Origin: Deltaproteobacteria bacterium
Lineage (GTDB): Bacteria > Myxococcota_A > Polyangia > Fen-1088
Reading direction: 5' to 3'
Assembly: GCA_033763315.1 (NCBI GenBank)
Contig: JANRKS010000024.1
Location: 161,988-225,987, forward strand
DNA: 64,000 nucleotides
The number at the start of each line of letters is the position of its first letter. The first letter of the stretch is position 1. A program made the position numbers and the translations under genes. The notes under the pieces are model-generated. The model saw nothing but the letters and a program-made list of their open reading frames with translations, had not been told where the DNA came from and did not search any database. Of the stretch, positions 37,618-47,456 are shown piece by piece.

Positions 37618-38451
37618 TCAGCGGCGTTTTTGGCAGCTCGCACAGAAGAAGGTGGATCGCCCCGCGTCCACCCGCCTGTGCACCTTCGCTCCGCAACGCA
37701 AACACGCTTCGCCTTCGCGCCCATAAACTTTTAGCGAGAACTGATTGCTTCCCGCAAAGCCAGTGCCATCCACATAATCGCGCAACGTGGTGCCTCGGTT
37801 TTCAAGGCCACGGTTGAGCACCAACTGCACGGCTTGCAGCAAGGTGGTTGCGTGTCGCTTGAGCTTGCAAGCCTGTGTCGCTGGATGAATCTTTGCCTCA
37901 AACAGGGCTTCGCTGACATAGATGTTGCCCAACCCCGCCACGCGTCGCTGATCAAGGAGGAACGATTTGATCGGCGCGCGGCTTGTGGCCAAGGAATCGC
38001 GCAGCACCTCTTCGGTGAGATCTTGCAACGGCTCGGGCCCCATGCCTGCCAGCTCCGTAAGGTCACCTTCTTTGGTCGCAACCTTGAACTGCCCAAAGCG
38101 GCGAGGATCGATGAACCGCAGCTCGTCAGCACCAGAAAGAGAGAGAACCACGTGCGTGTGAATGTGACGCGGCTCTTCGCGCTTGCTCACACGCAATTTG
38201 CCGCTCATGCCTAAATGAACCAGCGCCACGGCCTCCGTCTTTGCGCCGTGTACATCAATCAAGATGTATTTGCCGCGCCTTCGGATTGCCTTGATGCGGC
38301 CCGCGCGCAGCAAGCGGCGCAGCGCTGCCTCGTCCACCTGCTTTTGCATGTGCAGCGGCAAGCCGCTGGTCCACACGCTTTCGATTGTGCGCTCACGCAA
38401 GAGCGGCGACAACGATCGCACCACCGTTTCGACTTCAGGCAACTCAGGCAT
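37618..38451 (-). CDS. mutM: Formamidopyrimidine-DNA glycosylase
   Basis: MPELPEVET, RRGKY, HLGMSG, DPRRFG, GLGNIY, C4 zinc finger with GRSTFFC. Confidence 0.95.
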   Translation of the reverse strand: MPELPEVETVVRSLSPLLRERTIESVWTSGLPLHMQKQVDEAALRRLLRAGRIKAIRRRGKYILIDVHGAKTEAVALVHLGMSGKLRVSKREEPRHIHTHVVLSLSGADELRFIDPRRFGQFKVATKEGDLTELAGMGPEPLQDLTEEVLRDSLATSRAPIKSFLLDQRRVAGLGNIYVSEALFEAKIHPATQACKLKRHATTLLQAVQLVLNRGLENRGTTLRDYVDGTGFAGSNQFSLKVYGREGEACLRCGAKVHRRVDAGRSTFFCASCQKRR

Positions 38452-39337
38452 CGTCGCTCACATCATCTTTGTAAGCGCCACCTGTGCCCGCCAGAGGCGC
38501 TCCCGCCGCAGCCATGGCATTGGTCAAAGCACCGAACTCTGCCACGGACAACGTTTCGGCCCGACGTGTTTCGTCGATGCCCGCACCCGCCAACCCAGCG
38601 GCCACAACCGCCGAACCAAAGCCAGCGTCGAGCGCCCGCCGCAACATCTTTCGACGCGCGCCGAATGCATGCCGCACAACGGACGCGAACAAAGCGTCGC
38701 TCACAACCTCTGCCAGCGGCTGGCTTCGAGGCGTCAAGGCAAACACCGTCGACACCACTTGGGGCTGCGGCAAAAACGCATGCGGTGGCACACGAAACAA
38801 GCTCTTCACCTCAGCCACTTGTTGCACCATGACCGACAGGCGACCGTAGACTTTCGAATCGGGGGCCGCCGCCAAGCGGTCAGCCACTTCCTTTTGCACC
38901 ATGAACACCGCACGGCTCACCACCGCACCCCGTGCGGCTTGAGACAAAACGTGAAACAAGATCGGCGTGGTGATTTGGTACGGCAAGTTGCCCGCCACGC
39001 GCAAGGCGCTTCCCGCGGTGGCTGCGGCTGCGGCGAAATCAAAGTCCAACGCGTCGATCGCTTGCACATCAACACGTGCGTTGTTGGCAAACACCTCGCG
39101 CAACACGGCAATCATGTCCGGATCGCGATCCACAGCGATCACACGCCTCGAGCGTTCCGCCAACGCTTCCGTGATCGCTCCCAGGCCTGCACCGATCTCC
39201 ACCACAGTGTGATCCGGCCCGGCTTCCAGGGCGTTCACGATCTTGTGCTTGATGTTGTCGTCGATCAGGAAGTTCTGCCCCCAACTCTTCTTGGGGCGCA
39301 GGTTGAACCGGTTAAGCAATTCCTTCGCGGTGGCCAA
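38444..39337 (-). CDS. rsmA: 16S rRNA adenine dimethyltransferase KsgA
   Basis: KKSWGQNFL, EIGAGLG, NLPYQIT, MVQKEVADR, YGRLSV, RRKML. TTG start after AAGGA. Confidence 0.95.
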   Translation of the reverse strand: MATAKELLNRFNLRPKKSWGQNFLIDDNIKHKIVNALEAGPDHTVVEIGAGLGAITEALAERSRRVIAVDRDPDMIAVLREVFANNARVDVQAIDALDFDFAAAAATAGSALRVAGNLPYQITTPILFHVLSQAARGAVVSRAVFMVQKEVADRLAAAPDSKVYGRLSVMVQQVAEVKSLFRVPPHAFLPQPQVVSTVFALTPRSQPLAEVVSDALFASVVRHAFGARRKMLRRALDAGFGSAVVAAGLAGAGIDETRRAETLSVAEFGALTNAMAAAGAPLAGTGGAYKDDVSDDA

Positions 39338-39347
39338 AATCGTTTCC

Positions 39348-40367
39348 TTAGACCAATGGCAAACCTGGATCAACCGTCAGATCAAAACCCGCGCGCACGC
39401 CTCGCACCAGAAGGCGTGTGCCTGCGGCGGCAATCATGGCGGCGTTGTCCGTGCAGTAGCGAGCTGGTGGTATGTGCAGGCGAAAACCATCTTCAACGGC
39501 AGCCGCGCGCAGCGCTTGTCGCAAACCCTGGTTCGCAGCAACGCCACCGCACACCAGTAGATCCTGCAACCCCTGTTGCAGCAAGGCGCGCCGTGATTTG
39601 CGCACAAGCACGTCCACAACGGCGGCCTGAAAACTCGCGCACACATCCGCCAACGCCTGGCCTGTGGGCAAGGGCTTGCCCGCCAAAAAGGTCGACACAG
39701 CCGTCTTGAGGCCCGAAAAGCTAAACTCGATGTCGTCACGGCCCGCGAAGGCCCGAGGAAAGGCAAACGCGCGCGCATCGCCGCCGGTGGCCAGTCGATC
39801 AATCACGACACCGCCCGGATAGCCCAAGCCCAAAAGCTTCGCCGTTTTGTCGAACGCCTCGCCGGCCGCGTCGTCACGCGTGGCAGACAGCAATTGCGCG
39901 CGCGCACCATCCGCGCTCACCCGCACCAAGGCTGTGTGGCCGCCCGACACGAGCAGCGCCACGTGATCGGCGCGGGGGCCGGGTTCACTCTCTTCGGCAT
40001 GCGCCAAGAACGCCGCCGCCATGTGACCTGCGTGGTGATGAACACCAACCAGCGGCTTGTTCGTGGCGTAGGCCAAAGCCTTCGCCGTTTCCACGCCAAC
40101 CAACAACGCACCCACAAGGCCGGGGCCACACGTCACGGCAATCCCATCCAGATCGTTCCACGTGGCGCCCGCGTCAGCCAGCGCCTTGTTCAAAGTGGGG
40201 ACGATGGTTTCGAGATGATGGCGCGACGCCACCTCCGGCACCACCCCGCCGTAAACCGCGTGAACCGCCGCCTGTGAAGCCACCACGTCCGAAAGCACGC
40301 GGCGGCCGTCGGCCACAATGGCAGCGGCCGTTTCGTCGCACGAACTTTCCAGTCCTAGCACCAGCAA
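39348..40367 (-). CDS. tsaD: tRNA threonylcarbamoyladenosine transferase TsaD
   Basis: LGLESSCDET, GGVVPEVASRHH, GPGL, HxxxH, SGGHT, DDAAGEAFDK, FSFSGLKT, CTDNAAMI. Confidence 0.96.
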   Translation of the reverse strand: MLVLGLESSCDETAAAIVADGRRVLSDVVASQAAVHAVYGGVVPEVASRHHLETIVPTLNKALADAGATWNDLDGIAVTCGPGLVGALLVGVETAKALAYATNKPLVGVHHHAGHMAAAFLAHAEESEPGPRADHVALLVSGGHTALVRVSADGARAQLLSATRDDAAGEAFDKTAKLLGLGYPGGVVIDRLATGGDARAFAFPRAFAGRDDIEFSFSGLKTAVSTFLAGKPLPTGQALADVCASFQAAVVDVLVRKSRRALLQQGLQDLLVCGGVAANQGLRQALRAAAVEDGFRLHIPPARYCTDNAAMIAAAGTRLLVRGVRAGFDLTVDPGLPLV

Positions 40368-40414
40368 GCGGGATCTCCGCAACCACTTTAGCAGCTGCGT
40401 CGCGGACGCCCGGA

Positions 40415-43186
40415 CTACAAGTTCTTCACGATAACCCGGAGGTCCGCCGCGTATTTTCCTGAGGGAGCCAGCTCCAGATATTTGGCGTAGGCCGCCTTCG
40501 CCGCCGCTTTGTGCCCTAACTCTTGCTCCACTTCGCCGATGAACACGTAAGCGTCCGCCAGCTTGGGATTGGCCGAGACGGCGCTTTTGGCCCATTTGAG
40601 CGCTGCCGGGCTGTGGCCGCGATCCAACTCGGCGTGGGCCATCATGACCATCACTTGCGCCTCCTGCGGATGGTCAGCCAAGGCCTGGCCACAGGCTTCC
40701 ATGATGGGCTTGTATTTCTCGCTCGCATAAGCCTTCTTGCAAGCCTCAAGCGATGCCTGCGCGTCCGCTTCCGTGCGTGCTGCCACCACTTCAGGCGGTT
40801 TGGCCGCAGGCACGGGTGCGGGCGCTGGTTTCGCAACGGGCGCCGGGGCGGCCGCAGCAACGGGCCCTGGATCGGCAGGCCGAGGGGCGTCGGCAGGCAA
40901 TTGAACTTTGGGCAGGCCAAGTGGTTCAGGCGTCGCGACCGGTGCAGGAGCCGCGGGTGTCGGAGCAGAGTTTGGAGCGGCGGCCGCGGGCGTGGGCGGA
41001 GCGACAGCCTCGACCTTCACTGTGGGACCATGCGGTTTCTTCAGCGCCACCCACATCACCACGCCGCCCACCAGGACGGACATGATGAACATGACGGCAA
41101 TCTTGCCTTTGTTCGATGGCAGCTCATCGACAAAGGGCTCCGGCTCATCGTCACGACGCGCCGACCCCGAACGGCGGGTTTTCGGCTCGGGCGGTTCACC
41201 CAGCGCCTCTGTGGCGGAAGGGGTGTTCGCCTCCAGCAGCGCCGTGCCTCCCGAGGCCGAAGGTGTGTCGGGGAAAGGTTCAGCCTCAGCCGTCAGGTGT
41301 GCCGGATCGTCTGGCGACTCATCCTGATCCTGGGTGGGCTCCACCTCGCGTTCTGGCGATTCGGCGCTTTCGGCGTTCTCCTGCCGCTCGAGCTCAGAAT
41401 ACGGAATGACCGGCGTGGGATCGTCGGCCTGCCCTCCTAAGATTTCGGCCAACGAAGCGATCTCTTCAGCCGTAGCGAGATCGCTGTGCGACGCCTCAGC
41501 CGCAAACGCCGCCAGCTCCTCATCGTCTTGAGCGGCGGTATCGAGAGCGTCGTCGTCGCCCTCCTGAGACTCATCGCTTACCGGTTCGTCCTCTTCGTCC
41601 CCCTCAAGCAACGCCGCGCGCGTGGCATCATCAATCGAGCTTTGCGCCGTAACAGGCTCTTGCGCCTCACGCCCCACAGGCGCCAGATCTTGCAAAGTTT
41701 CGTCATCCACTGATTCATCGTCAGACTCAGCTGCAAGGGAGTCTTCGTTCGAGGACTCCACGGCACCTTCATCATCAGCTTCCGGCTCATCGGGCGCGCT
41801 CTGCATCTCTTCGATGGGCTGCGCGCCCATGCCAAGCGGCGAGGGTGTGCGGTCGGGATCCAGGCTCGTCTGCGTCGGCACAGGGCTGTCCATCGCAGCT
41901 CGTTCGTCCGGCTCAGGCGCCGGCGTCACACGCACCGGTGCAAAGCCGTGCAGTGTTTTGCCGACCGGCACAGAGCGCAGGTCAACAAGCTCCTCGCTTA
42001 CCACCGCCATGCCCGGCTTCGTGGTGGAAATCCGTCCCGGGGGCAGATCCTCAACGTCTTGAGTGGTGGTAAAGCCGGTCAGCGTCGTGCGTTCCTCAGA
42101 TCCCGTTTCTGCGAGGTTCGTGTCTACGGGTGAAGGCGTGCGCTCGCCCTTGGCCCACGGCGATTCGGAGAGCCAGCGTTCAAGACGACCCATGCGCGTT
42201 TGCCGTGGTTCCGAATGCGCGGGCTTATCGCCTTGCGCTTCATAAATCACGCGATCCGCATGCAAACGGCCAACGATTGAAATGGCTTCTAGATCCGGAA
42301 AGTCACTGTCTTCGATGACCTGCAAGAGTGAGCGACGTCCATCCAACAAGCGCAAGATGGTGTTCACTTCATCAGGAATGTCTGCCAGCCGTTCGGCCAA
42401 GACGTAGTAATCGACTTCGAACACTGTCTCAAGGGGTGGCAGCGAATCCAACAAGCGCGTCCACTCATCCAGCCGACGCATGCCCTCCATCAAGAGCGCT
42501 TGCCCGGAAAGTTCGATGACATCGCGTCGACGTATGTTTTTGAACTCAACCTCGAAGCTACCGTCGTTCCACGAAAACAAGCGGTAAACCGCTTCAACAC
42601 CCGTGAGCCGTCCAGCTTCCGCATCGATCACGCGGCCATCGCGAAAGTAGATCGCGCCGCGACGTCCATCAGCGTTCGAGATGTGCACGATGCCTGACTT
42701 GCGGTTGACTTCGATGGTCTGCACCAAGTCGACGATGCCGATGTCGGCAAGCTCGCCCGCAAATCGTGTGCGCGTGTCTCGGCGCGATTCCAAACGCTCG
42801 CGCTCCCTCCGTTGCAGCAGCATGCGCACGCGCGTGGTGATCTCCTTGATGTAGACGGGCTTGATGAGGTAGTCCTCAACGCCGATCTCAAGGCCGCGAA
42901 TTTTGTCCTCAATGGTCTTGCGACTGGACAAAAAGATAAACGGGATGCGGGCCCAGTCCTGCCGTTCTTTGATCCGACGACAGAGCTCGAAGCCGTCCAT
43001 CTGGGGCATATGAGTGTCGGAAATGACAAGATCGATGGGGGTGTCAGCCAGAACCGCCAGGGCCTCCACGCCGCTGTGGGCGGTCACCACGTCGTAACCG
43101 GCTTTCTTCAGGCTGACGTCCAAAACCCGAAGGCTTTGAGGATCGGCATCCACCAACAAAAGACTTTGTCTCGCCCCAGGATTCAT
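40415..43186 (-). CDS. Response regulator REC + DUF4388-like domain, long acidic linker, TM helix, Pro-rich region, C-terminal TPR
   Basis: LLVDAD...ISDTHMPQMDG...KP receiver; FAGEL...KSG...IYFRDGRVIDA; Asp/Glu-rich region; TM; TPR-like tail. Confidence 0.82.
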   Translation of the reverse strand: MNPGARQSLLLVDADPQSLRVLDVSLKKAGYDVVTAHSGVEALAVLADTPIDLVISDTHMPQMDGFELCRRIKERQDWARIPFIFLSSRKTIEDKIRGLEIGVEDYLIKPVYIKEITTRVRMLLQRRERERLESRRDTRTRFAGELADIGIVDLVQTIEVNRKSGIVHISNADGRRGAIYFRDGRVIDAEAGRLTGVEAVYRLFSWNDGSFEVEFKNIRRRDVIELSGQALLMEGMRRLDEWTRLLDSLPPLETVFEVDYYVLAERLADIPDEVNTILRLLDGRRSLLQVIEDSDFPDLEAISIVGRLHADRVIYEAQGDKPAHSEPRQTRMGRLERWLSESPWAKGERTPSPVDTNLAETGSEERTTLTGFTTTQDVEDLPPGRISTTKPGMAVVSEELVDLRSVPVGKTLHGFAPVRVTPAPEPDERAAMDSPVPTQTSLDPDRTPSPLGMGAQPIEEMQSAPDEPEADDEGAVESSNEDSLAAESDDESVDDETLQDLAPVGREAQEPVTAQSSIDDATRAALLEGDEEDEPVSDESQEGDDDALDTAAQDDEELAAFAAEASHSDLATAEEIASLAEILGGQADDPTPVIPYSELERQENAESAESPEREVEPTQDQDESPDDPAHLTAEAEPFPDTPSASGGTALLEANTPSATEALGEPPEPKTRRSGSARRDDEPEPFVDELPSNKGKIAVMFIMSVLVGGVVMWVALKKPHGPTVKVEAVAPPTPAAAAPNSAPTPAAPAPVATPEPLGLPKVQLPADAPRPADPGPVAAAAPAPVAKPAPAPVPAAKPPEVVAARTEADAQASLEACKKAYASEKYKPIMEACGQALADHPQEAQVMVMMAHAELDRGHSPAALKWAKSAVSANPKLADAYVFIGEVEQELGHKAAAKAAYAKYLELAPSGKYAADLRVIVKNL

Positions 43187-43267
43187 GCCGATTTGCCCGG
43201 CCTCGGATTGTATCCCTTGCGTCAACGACCCGCAAAGGTGCCGCTAAGGTTTAGCGACCTAAGCCTC

Positions 43268-44278
43268 TTAAACGTTCAGTTCCGGTACATGCCGAGCGAG
43301 CACCTGGTGCAGATCCTTGTAGTCCGGCAGGTTCGCCAAGGCATGGCCCACGTAGGACAATGACAAGGGAATGCTGGGCAAGAAGTTCGGATTGCCCCGT
43401 TGCCGATCGATAAAGACGAAGCGCCCCGCGTCCTTGAGTTTGCGTTGGGCTGTTTGCAGATGGAAGAGCCGCCGCGTTTGGTCGAGCTCCAGGCCCCACT
43501 GCACAGAGAAATTATCAATAAAATTAAATACTTGTGTGTTGTCTAGCGGGACATACGAGTCTCGCAGGAGGGCGACCAGGTCGTAAACTTGCGAGCCCAT
43601 AAGAGCGTCCTGAAAGTCAATCACCCGAATCTGGCCAGAGGACTCGACCATGAGATTGCGGCTTTGGAAATCGCGGTGAACCAACACTTGGGGTGCAGCC
43701 GCCAGCTCGGTGGCCATCCGGTCGAATGCAGATTCGACCGCCGCAGAGTCTGACCCGTTAAGCTGGATGCCCCTTCCTTCCTGAAGCAGCCATTGCCGAA
43801 AGTGGTCTAGCTCCCAGCGCAGGAGTTTGAAATCGAAGCGGCGGCCGAAGGCGAGACAATCCGGGTCGGGCGGCAGCTTCTGTAGAGCACCAATGAGTGA
43901 AACCGCCGCTGCATATAGCGAGTGGCTTTGGGAAGGCGGCCGCGCACGAAAGGCCAATTCGAGGGTCTCGTCGCCCAAGTCTTCAAGAACAATCATTCCG
44001 CCGGCGAGATCCTGCCGCAAAACCTGCGGAACGGGGTACCGATGCCCGTGGAGGTAGGCGTGGACGTTGAGGAAGGGGTAAGCCGCTGGTTCGAGCGCCC
44101 GATCTTCGGGTGGCACCACCATCACAACCACGCTGGTGGGCCGGCCGGTGGTTCGCACGCGGTAATAGCGGCGGGTCGAAGCCTGGCCGGCCAGGAGGTC
44201 GACCTTTATGCAGTCCCCTTGGACGACGGCTGCCACGAGCGCGGACATTTCTTGAGGGGGTGTGGCGGCGACTTCCAT
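43268..44278 (-). CDS. APH-family kinase, AmgK-like (MurNAc/GlcNAc kinase)
   Basis: GQASTRRYYR, LEDLGD, VHRDFQSRNLM, IDFQDALMG, YDLVALLRD, QRKLK. Confidence 0.82.
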   Translation of the reverse strand: MEVAATPPQEMSALVAAVVQGDCIKVDLLAGQASTRRYYRVRTTGRPTSVVVMVVPPEDRALEPAAYPFLNVHAYLHGHRYPVPQVLRQDLAGGMIVLEDLGDETLELAFRARPPSQSHSLYAAAVSLIGALQKLPPDPDCLAFGRRFDFKLLRWELDHFRQWLLQEGRGIQLNGSDSAAVESAFDRMATELAAAPQVLVHRDFQSRNLMVESSGQIRVIDFQDALMGSQVYDLVALLRDSYVPLDNTQVFNFIDNFSVQWGLELDQTRRLFHLQTAQRKLKDAGRFVFIDRQRGNPNFLPSIPLSLSYVGHALANLPDYKDLHQVLARHVPELNV

Positions 44279-44303
44279 GTTGTCCTGAACTATAAAGGCC
44301 ACA

Positions 44304-44954
44304 GTGAGCGACATCCAAGTTTCCGACACCGCCGGCGTCGCGGCTTTCCTTGAAGATCTGCAGCAGCCTCTGTCCCTACTCGAGCTGCCCAACATCGCCC
44401 CAGGAGAGCCCGCGGCCGCCCGTTTGTTGGCCTTCTGCCAGCTGCTGCTGAAGTGGAACGCCAGTTTGAACCTCACTGGGGCCCGGAACCTGGCAGACCT
44501 AGTCCATGACCATCTGGCGGACGCCTTCGTGTTGGGCGCTAAGGTTCCATTGGGGACCCAGGTTGTGGACGTGGGCAGCGGCGGCGGTCTGCCCGCTTTG
44601 CCGCTTGCGGTCCTGCGGCCGGATCTGAAGATGACTTTGGTTGAGCCCAGGACGAAACGGGTGGCCTTCCTTCGGACGGCCATCAGGGAACTGGGACTCA
44701 ATGCGGTCGTGCATGCGGGCAAGGTGGAAGATTGGTCGGGATCCCCCGATGTGGCGGTCTCAAGGGCAACCTTTGCGCCGGAAGTCTGGGTATCGATGGC
44801 CCTCGGTCTGGTGCGACCTCAAGGGGTCGCTTACGCGCTGCTCAATGATCATTGGAACCAGGCGACGGTCCCGCAACAACAGCCCACAGGCGTTCACACA
44901 TACCGATTGGTTCGGGGGCAAACGCGGACACTCGCTTGGTTTGCCAAGGGCTAA
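44304..44954 (+). CDS. rsmG: 16S rRNA m7G527 methyltransferase (GidB)
   Basis: LLKWNASLNLT, HLADA, DVGSGGGLP, LVEPRTKRVAFL, SRAT. Confidence 0.93.
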   Translation: MSDIQVSDTAGVAAFLEDLQQPLSLLELPNIAPGEPAAARLLAFCQLLLKWNASLNLTGARNLADLVHDHLADAFVLGAKVPLGTQVVDVGSGGGLPALPLAVLRPDLKMTLVEPRTKRVAFLRTAIRELGLNAVVHAGKVEDWSGSPDVAVSRATFAPEVWVSMALGLVRPQGVAYALLNDHWNQATVPQQQPTGVHTYRLVRGQTRTLAWFAKG

Positions 44955-44970
44955 TGTTCCACGTGGAACG
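44955..44970. other. parS site 1 (ParB-binding palindrome)
   Basis: TGTTCCACGTGGAACG, a 14-bp perfect palindromic core matching the parS consensus; about 10 kb from the origin. Confidence 0.85.
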
Positions 44971-44996
44971 TCCAGCGGGCATGCAGGCCATGACAC

Positions 44997-45012
44997 TGTT
45001 CCACGTGGAACC
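44997..45012. other. parS site 2
   Basis: TGTTCCACGTGGAACC, starting 42 bp after site 1. Confidence 0.85.
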
Positions 45013-45049
45013 CCTTTGACAGCCGATGGTGAAGGGCTAAAGGTTCGTC

Positions 45050-46234
45050 ATGGTTCAAGCGTGGGAGCAGATGCTCTCAGAGGAGCTTTCTGAGTTGCGG
45101 CGCCGCAGCCGCCTCCGCGCGTGTCCCGCGTTTGACGGGAGCAGACGGGCGCGGGACGTCACGATTGACGGCCGACCCGTTAAGTTGTGTTTTTCGTCAA
45201 ATGATTACTTGGGCTTGTCCGCCCACCCGGCCCTCGCGGAAGCCGCCCGCCAAGGCCTCGCCACTTCGGGAGCGGGGGCAAGCGCTTCCCGTTTGGTCAG
45301 CGGCGACCTCCCGCAACATCGCGAACTTGAATTCGCCCTCGCCGAATTCGCGGACGCTGAAGCGTGCCTGCTGTTTCCCACCGGCTACCAGGCCAATCTG
45401 GGGGTGATCTCCTCCCTGGCTGGCCCTCAGGACCTGGTGGTGTCAGACGCCCTAAACCACGCCAGTCTCATCGACGGTTGCCGCCTCTCGCGTGCGACGG
45501 TAAAGGTCTACCCCCACGCTGACGTGTCGGCTGCCGGGTTGGCGCTTGCCACAGATACGAACCCCGTTGGCGAACCATTTCGGCGGAAGTTGCTTGTGAC
45601 GGAGTCGGTCTTCAGCATGGACGGCGATGTGGCGCCCTTGTCCCAGCTTTCCGCGCTGTGCAGGCAAAACCACGCGGCCTTGGTGGTCGACGAGGCTCAT
45701 TCGATGGGCGTACTCGGCCCCGGCGGCAAGGGTTTGTGTATCGAACAAGGAATCAATGCCGACGTTCGGATTGGGACGCTCGGGAAAGCCTTCGGCACGG
45801 CCGGGGGGTTTGTTCTGGGCTCGCGTGTCCTGCGCGACTATTTGGTGAACCGGGCGAGGACCTTCATCTACACCACGGCTTCGCCGCCGTCGGTGGCTGC
45901 GGCGGCGCTGGCGGCGCTGAACCTGGTCCGCGGGGCCGAAGGAGACACCCGGCGGCTGCGTTTGAGCGCACGAATTCGAGAGCTTCACCACGCCCTGGCG
46001 ATCACGCGCGCTCCGACGCCAATCACACCCATTGTGCTCGGCGCAGACGCGTCCGCGCTCGCAGCCTCTGCAGCGCTTTTGGCGCGGGGCATCCATGTCC
46101 AAGCCATTCGGCCTCCGACGGTTCCCGAAGGCACGGCTCGCCTGCGGGTCACGCTCTCGGCCGATCACGAGGATGAGGACATCGAAGCTTTGGTTCGCGT
46201 CCTCCTCGAAACCGGCGGGAAAACATCCACATGA
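45050..46234 (+). CDS. bioF: 8-amino-7-oxononanoate synthase
   Basis: FSSNDYLGL, ASRLVSG, GYQAN, NHASLIDG, VFSMDGD, DEAH, GTLGKA, IRPPTVP. Confidence 0.94.
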   Translation: MVQAWEQMLSEELSELRRRSRLRACPAFDGSRRARDVTIDGRPVKLCFSSNDYLGLSAHPALAEAARQGLATSGAGASASRLVSGDLPQHRELEFALAEFADAEACLLFPTGYQANLGVISSLAGPQDLVVSDALNHASLIDGCRLSRATVKVYPHADVSAAGLALATDTNPVGEPFRRKLLVTESVFSMDGDVAPLSQLSALCRQNHAALVVDEAHSMGVLGPGGKGLCIEQGINADVRIGTLGKAFGTAGGFVLGSRVLRDYLVNRARTFIYTTASPPSVAAAALAALNLVRGAEGDTRRLRLSARIRELHHALAITRAPTPITPIVLGADASALAASAALLARGIHVQAIRPPTVPEGTARLRVTLSADHEDEDIEALVRVLLETGGKTST

Positions 46235-46917
46235 AATCGATTACACAGCTGCAAAATGCGCAAAGATCGGGTTTTTTTGTGGTTGGCACAGACACCGGGG
46301 TTGGCAAGACGACTTTCACGCGCGGCTTGCTGCGCGCTCTACGTGGCAACGGACACCAGCCCGTTCCCTATAAGCCCGTGGAAACGGGGGTTGGCGAGCC
46401 CGAGGGGACCGACGCCGCCGATTTGGCCCGGGCCGCCCAGACACCTTTACACCTTCGCCAGATCTGCCCGTTTTCTTTTCCCTTGCCCGTCGCCCCCGTG
46501 GTGGCCGCCGCAGAGCAGGGCATCGCGCTTTCCGTTCGTGCCTTACAGAACGCCACGCCCCCAGGATCGCCCTTGGTTGTGGAATCGGCAGGTGGGCTGC
46601 TATCGCCGCTTTCCGCCCGGCAAACCAATGCCGACGTTGCCGAAGCGTTCGGCCTGCCTGTTATTTTGGTGGCGCGCAATAGCTTAGGCACCATCAATCA
46701 TTGCGCGCTCGCGCTTGCCGAGCTCCGAAGACGCCAATTGCCCGTGTTCGCGCTGGTGCTGGTCAATGTGGCGCCCCCAGGGCCGGACGGCGGCACCAAC
46801 GCGCGCTGTATAGAGGACCTCTGCGGAGTGCGACCACGACTGACATTGCCGTTCGCCCCCACCGCCACCGACGACGACTTGGCCTCGTTTGTGGCGGATG
46901 CGGGTCCCTGGCTCTAA
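46231..46917 (+). CDS. bioD: Dethiobiotin synthase
   Basis: GTDTGVGKT, YKPVETG, ESAGG, LGTINH. Confidence 0.94.
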   Translation: MKSITQLQNAQRSGFFVVGTDTGVGKTTFTRGLLRALRGNGHQPVPYKPVETGVGEPEGTDAADLARAAQTPLHLRQICPFSFPLPVAPVVAAAEQGIALSVRALQNATPPGSPLVVESAGGLLSPLSARQTNADVAEAFGLPVILVARNSLGTINHCALALAELRRRQLPVFALVLVNVAPPGPDGGTNARCIEDLCGVRPRLTLPFAPTATDDDLASFVADAGPWL

Positions 46918-46923
46918 GCCACC

Positions 46924-47424
46924 CTACTCAGCAGCGGCCGAGGCGGGCCGGCGCCCACCGGTCGGGAAGATCACCACGCGACGGGCGGGTCCTTCTCCCT
47001 CCGACTCTGTTCGCACCTGATCGTGCTCGGCCAAAGCGTTATGAACGATACGACGGTCAGCCGGACTCATCGGTTCGGCGGCGACAGGCCGGCCTGAACG
47101 GATGGCCTTCTCTGCCAATTTACGCGCCAAATCCGATAGAGAATCTTCGCGGCGGCCCCGGTATCCCTCAGCATCAACCACGATCGAAGGCCCTGTTCCA
47201 GGCCTCTTGAAAACAATGCGGTTCACCAGGTATTGCAGAGCATCCAATGTGGCGCCCTTTTTCCCAATGATGATGCCGGACTCAGGACCATGAGCGTCGA
47301 GGATCACGCGTTCACCGTCATCAAACGCACTGACCTCGGCTTCCATGCCCATGCGTTCAAGAATCTCACGCAAAACGCGTGCGGCCTCTTCCCTCTGCTC
47401 CGCCAATCCGCTGCTCGTGCTCAT
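46924..47424 (-). CDS. jag: Jag/EloR (KhpB) family RNA-binding protein, KH + R3H, no Jag_N domain
   Basis: IIGKKGATLDALQYL, DAEGYRGRRE, MSPADRRIVH, ESEGEG. Confidence 0.9.
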   Translation of the reverse strand: MSTSSGLAEQREEAARVLREILERMGMEAEVSAFDDGERVILDAHGPESGIIIGKKGATLDALQYLVNRIVFKRPGTGPSIVVDAEGYRGRREDSLSDLARKLAEKAIRSGRPVAAEPMSPADRRIVHNALAEHDQVRTESEGEGPARRVVIFPTGGRRPASAAAE

Positions 47425-47456
47425 GAAAAACCGATTCCTTTTCTAAACCATCGAAA

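Noticed and set aside
38264-39709. 481-aa plus-strand ORF, and many similar long overlapping ORFs in the track
   Set aside because: Antisense shadows of real genes (mutM, rsmA, tsaD) in GC-rich DNA, with no recognisable motifs.
40154-40169. Partial parS-like CGTTCCACGTGGCGCC inside tsaD
   Set aside because: The right arm is degenerate and the site is within coding sequence.
44279-44722. N-terminal extension of the AmgK-like ORF
   Set aside because: It is antisense to rsmG; family similarity starts near 44278.
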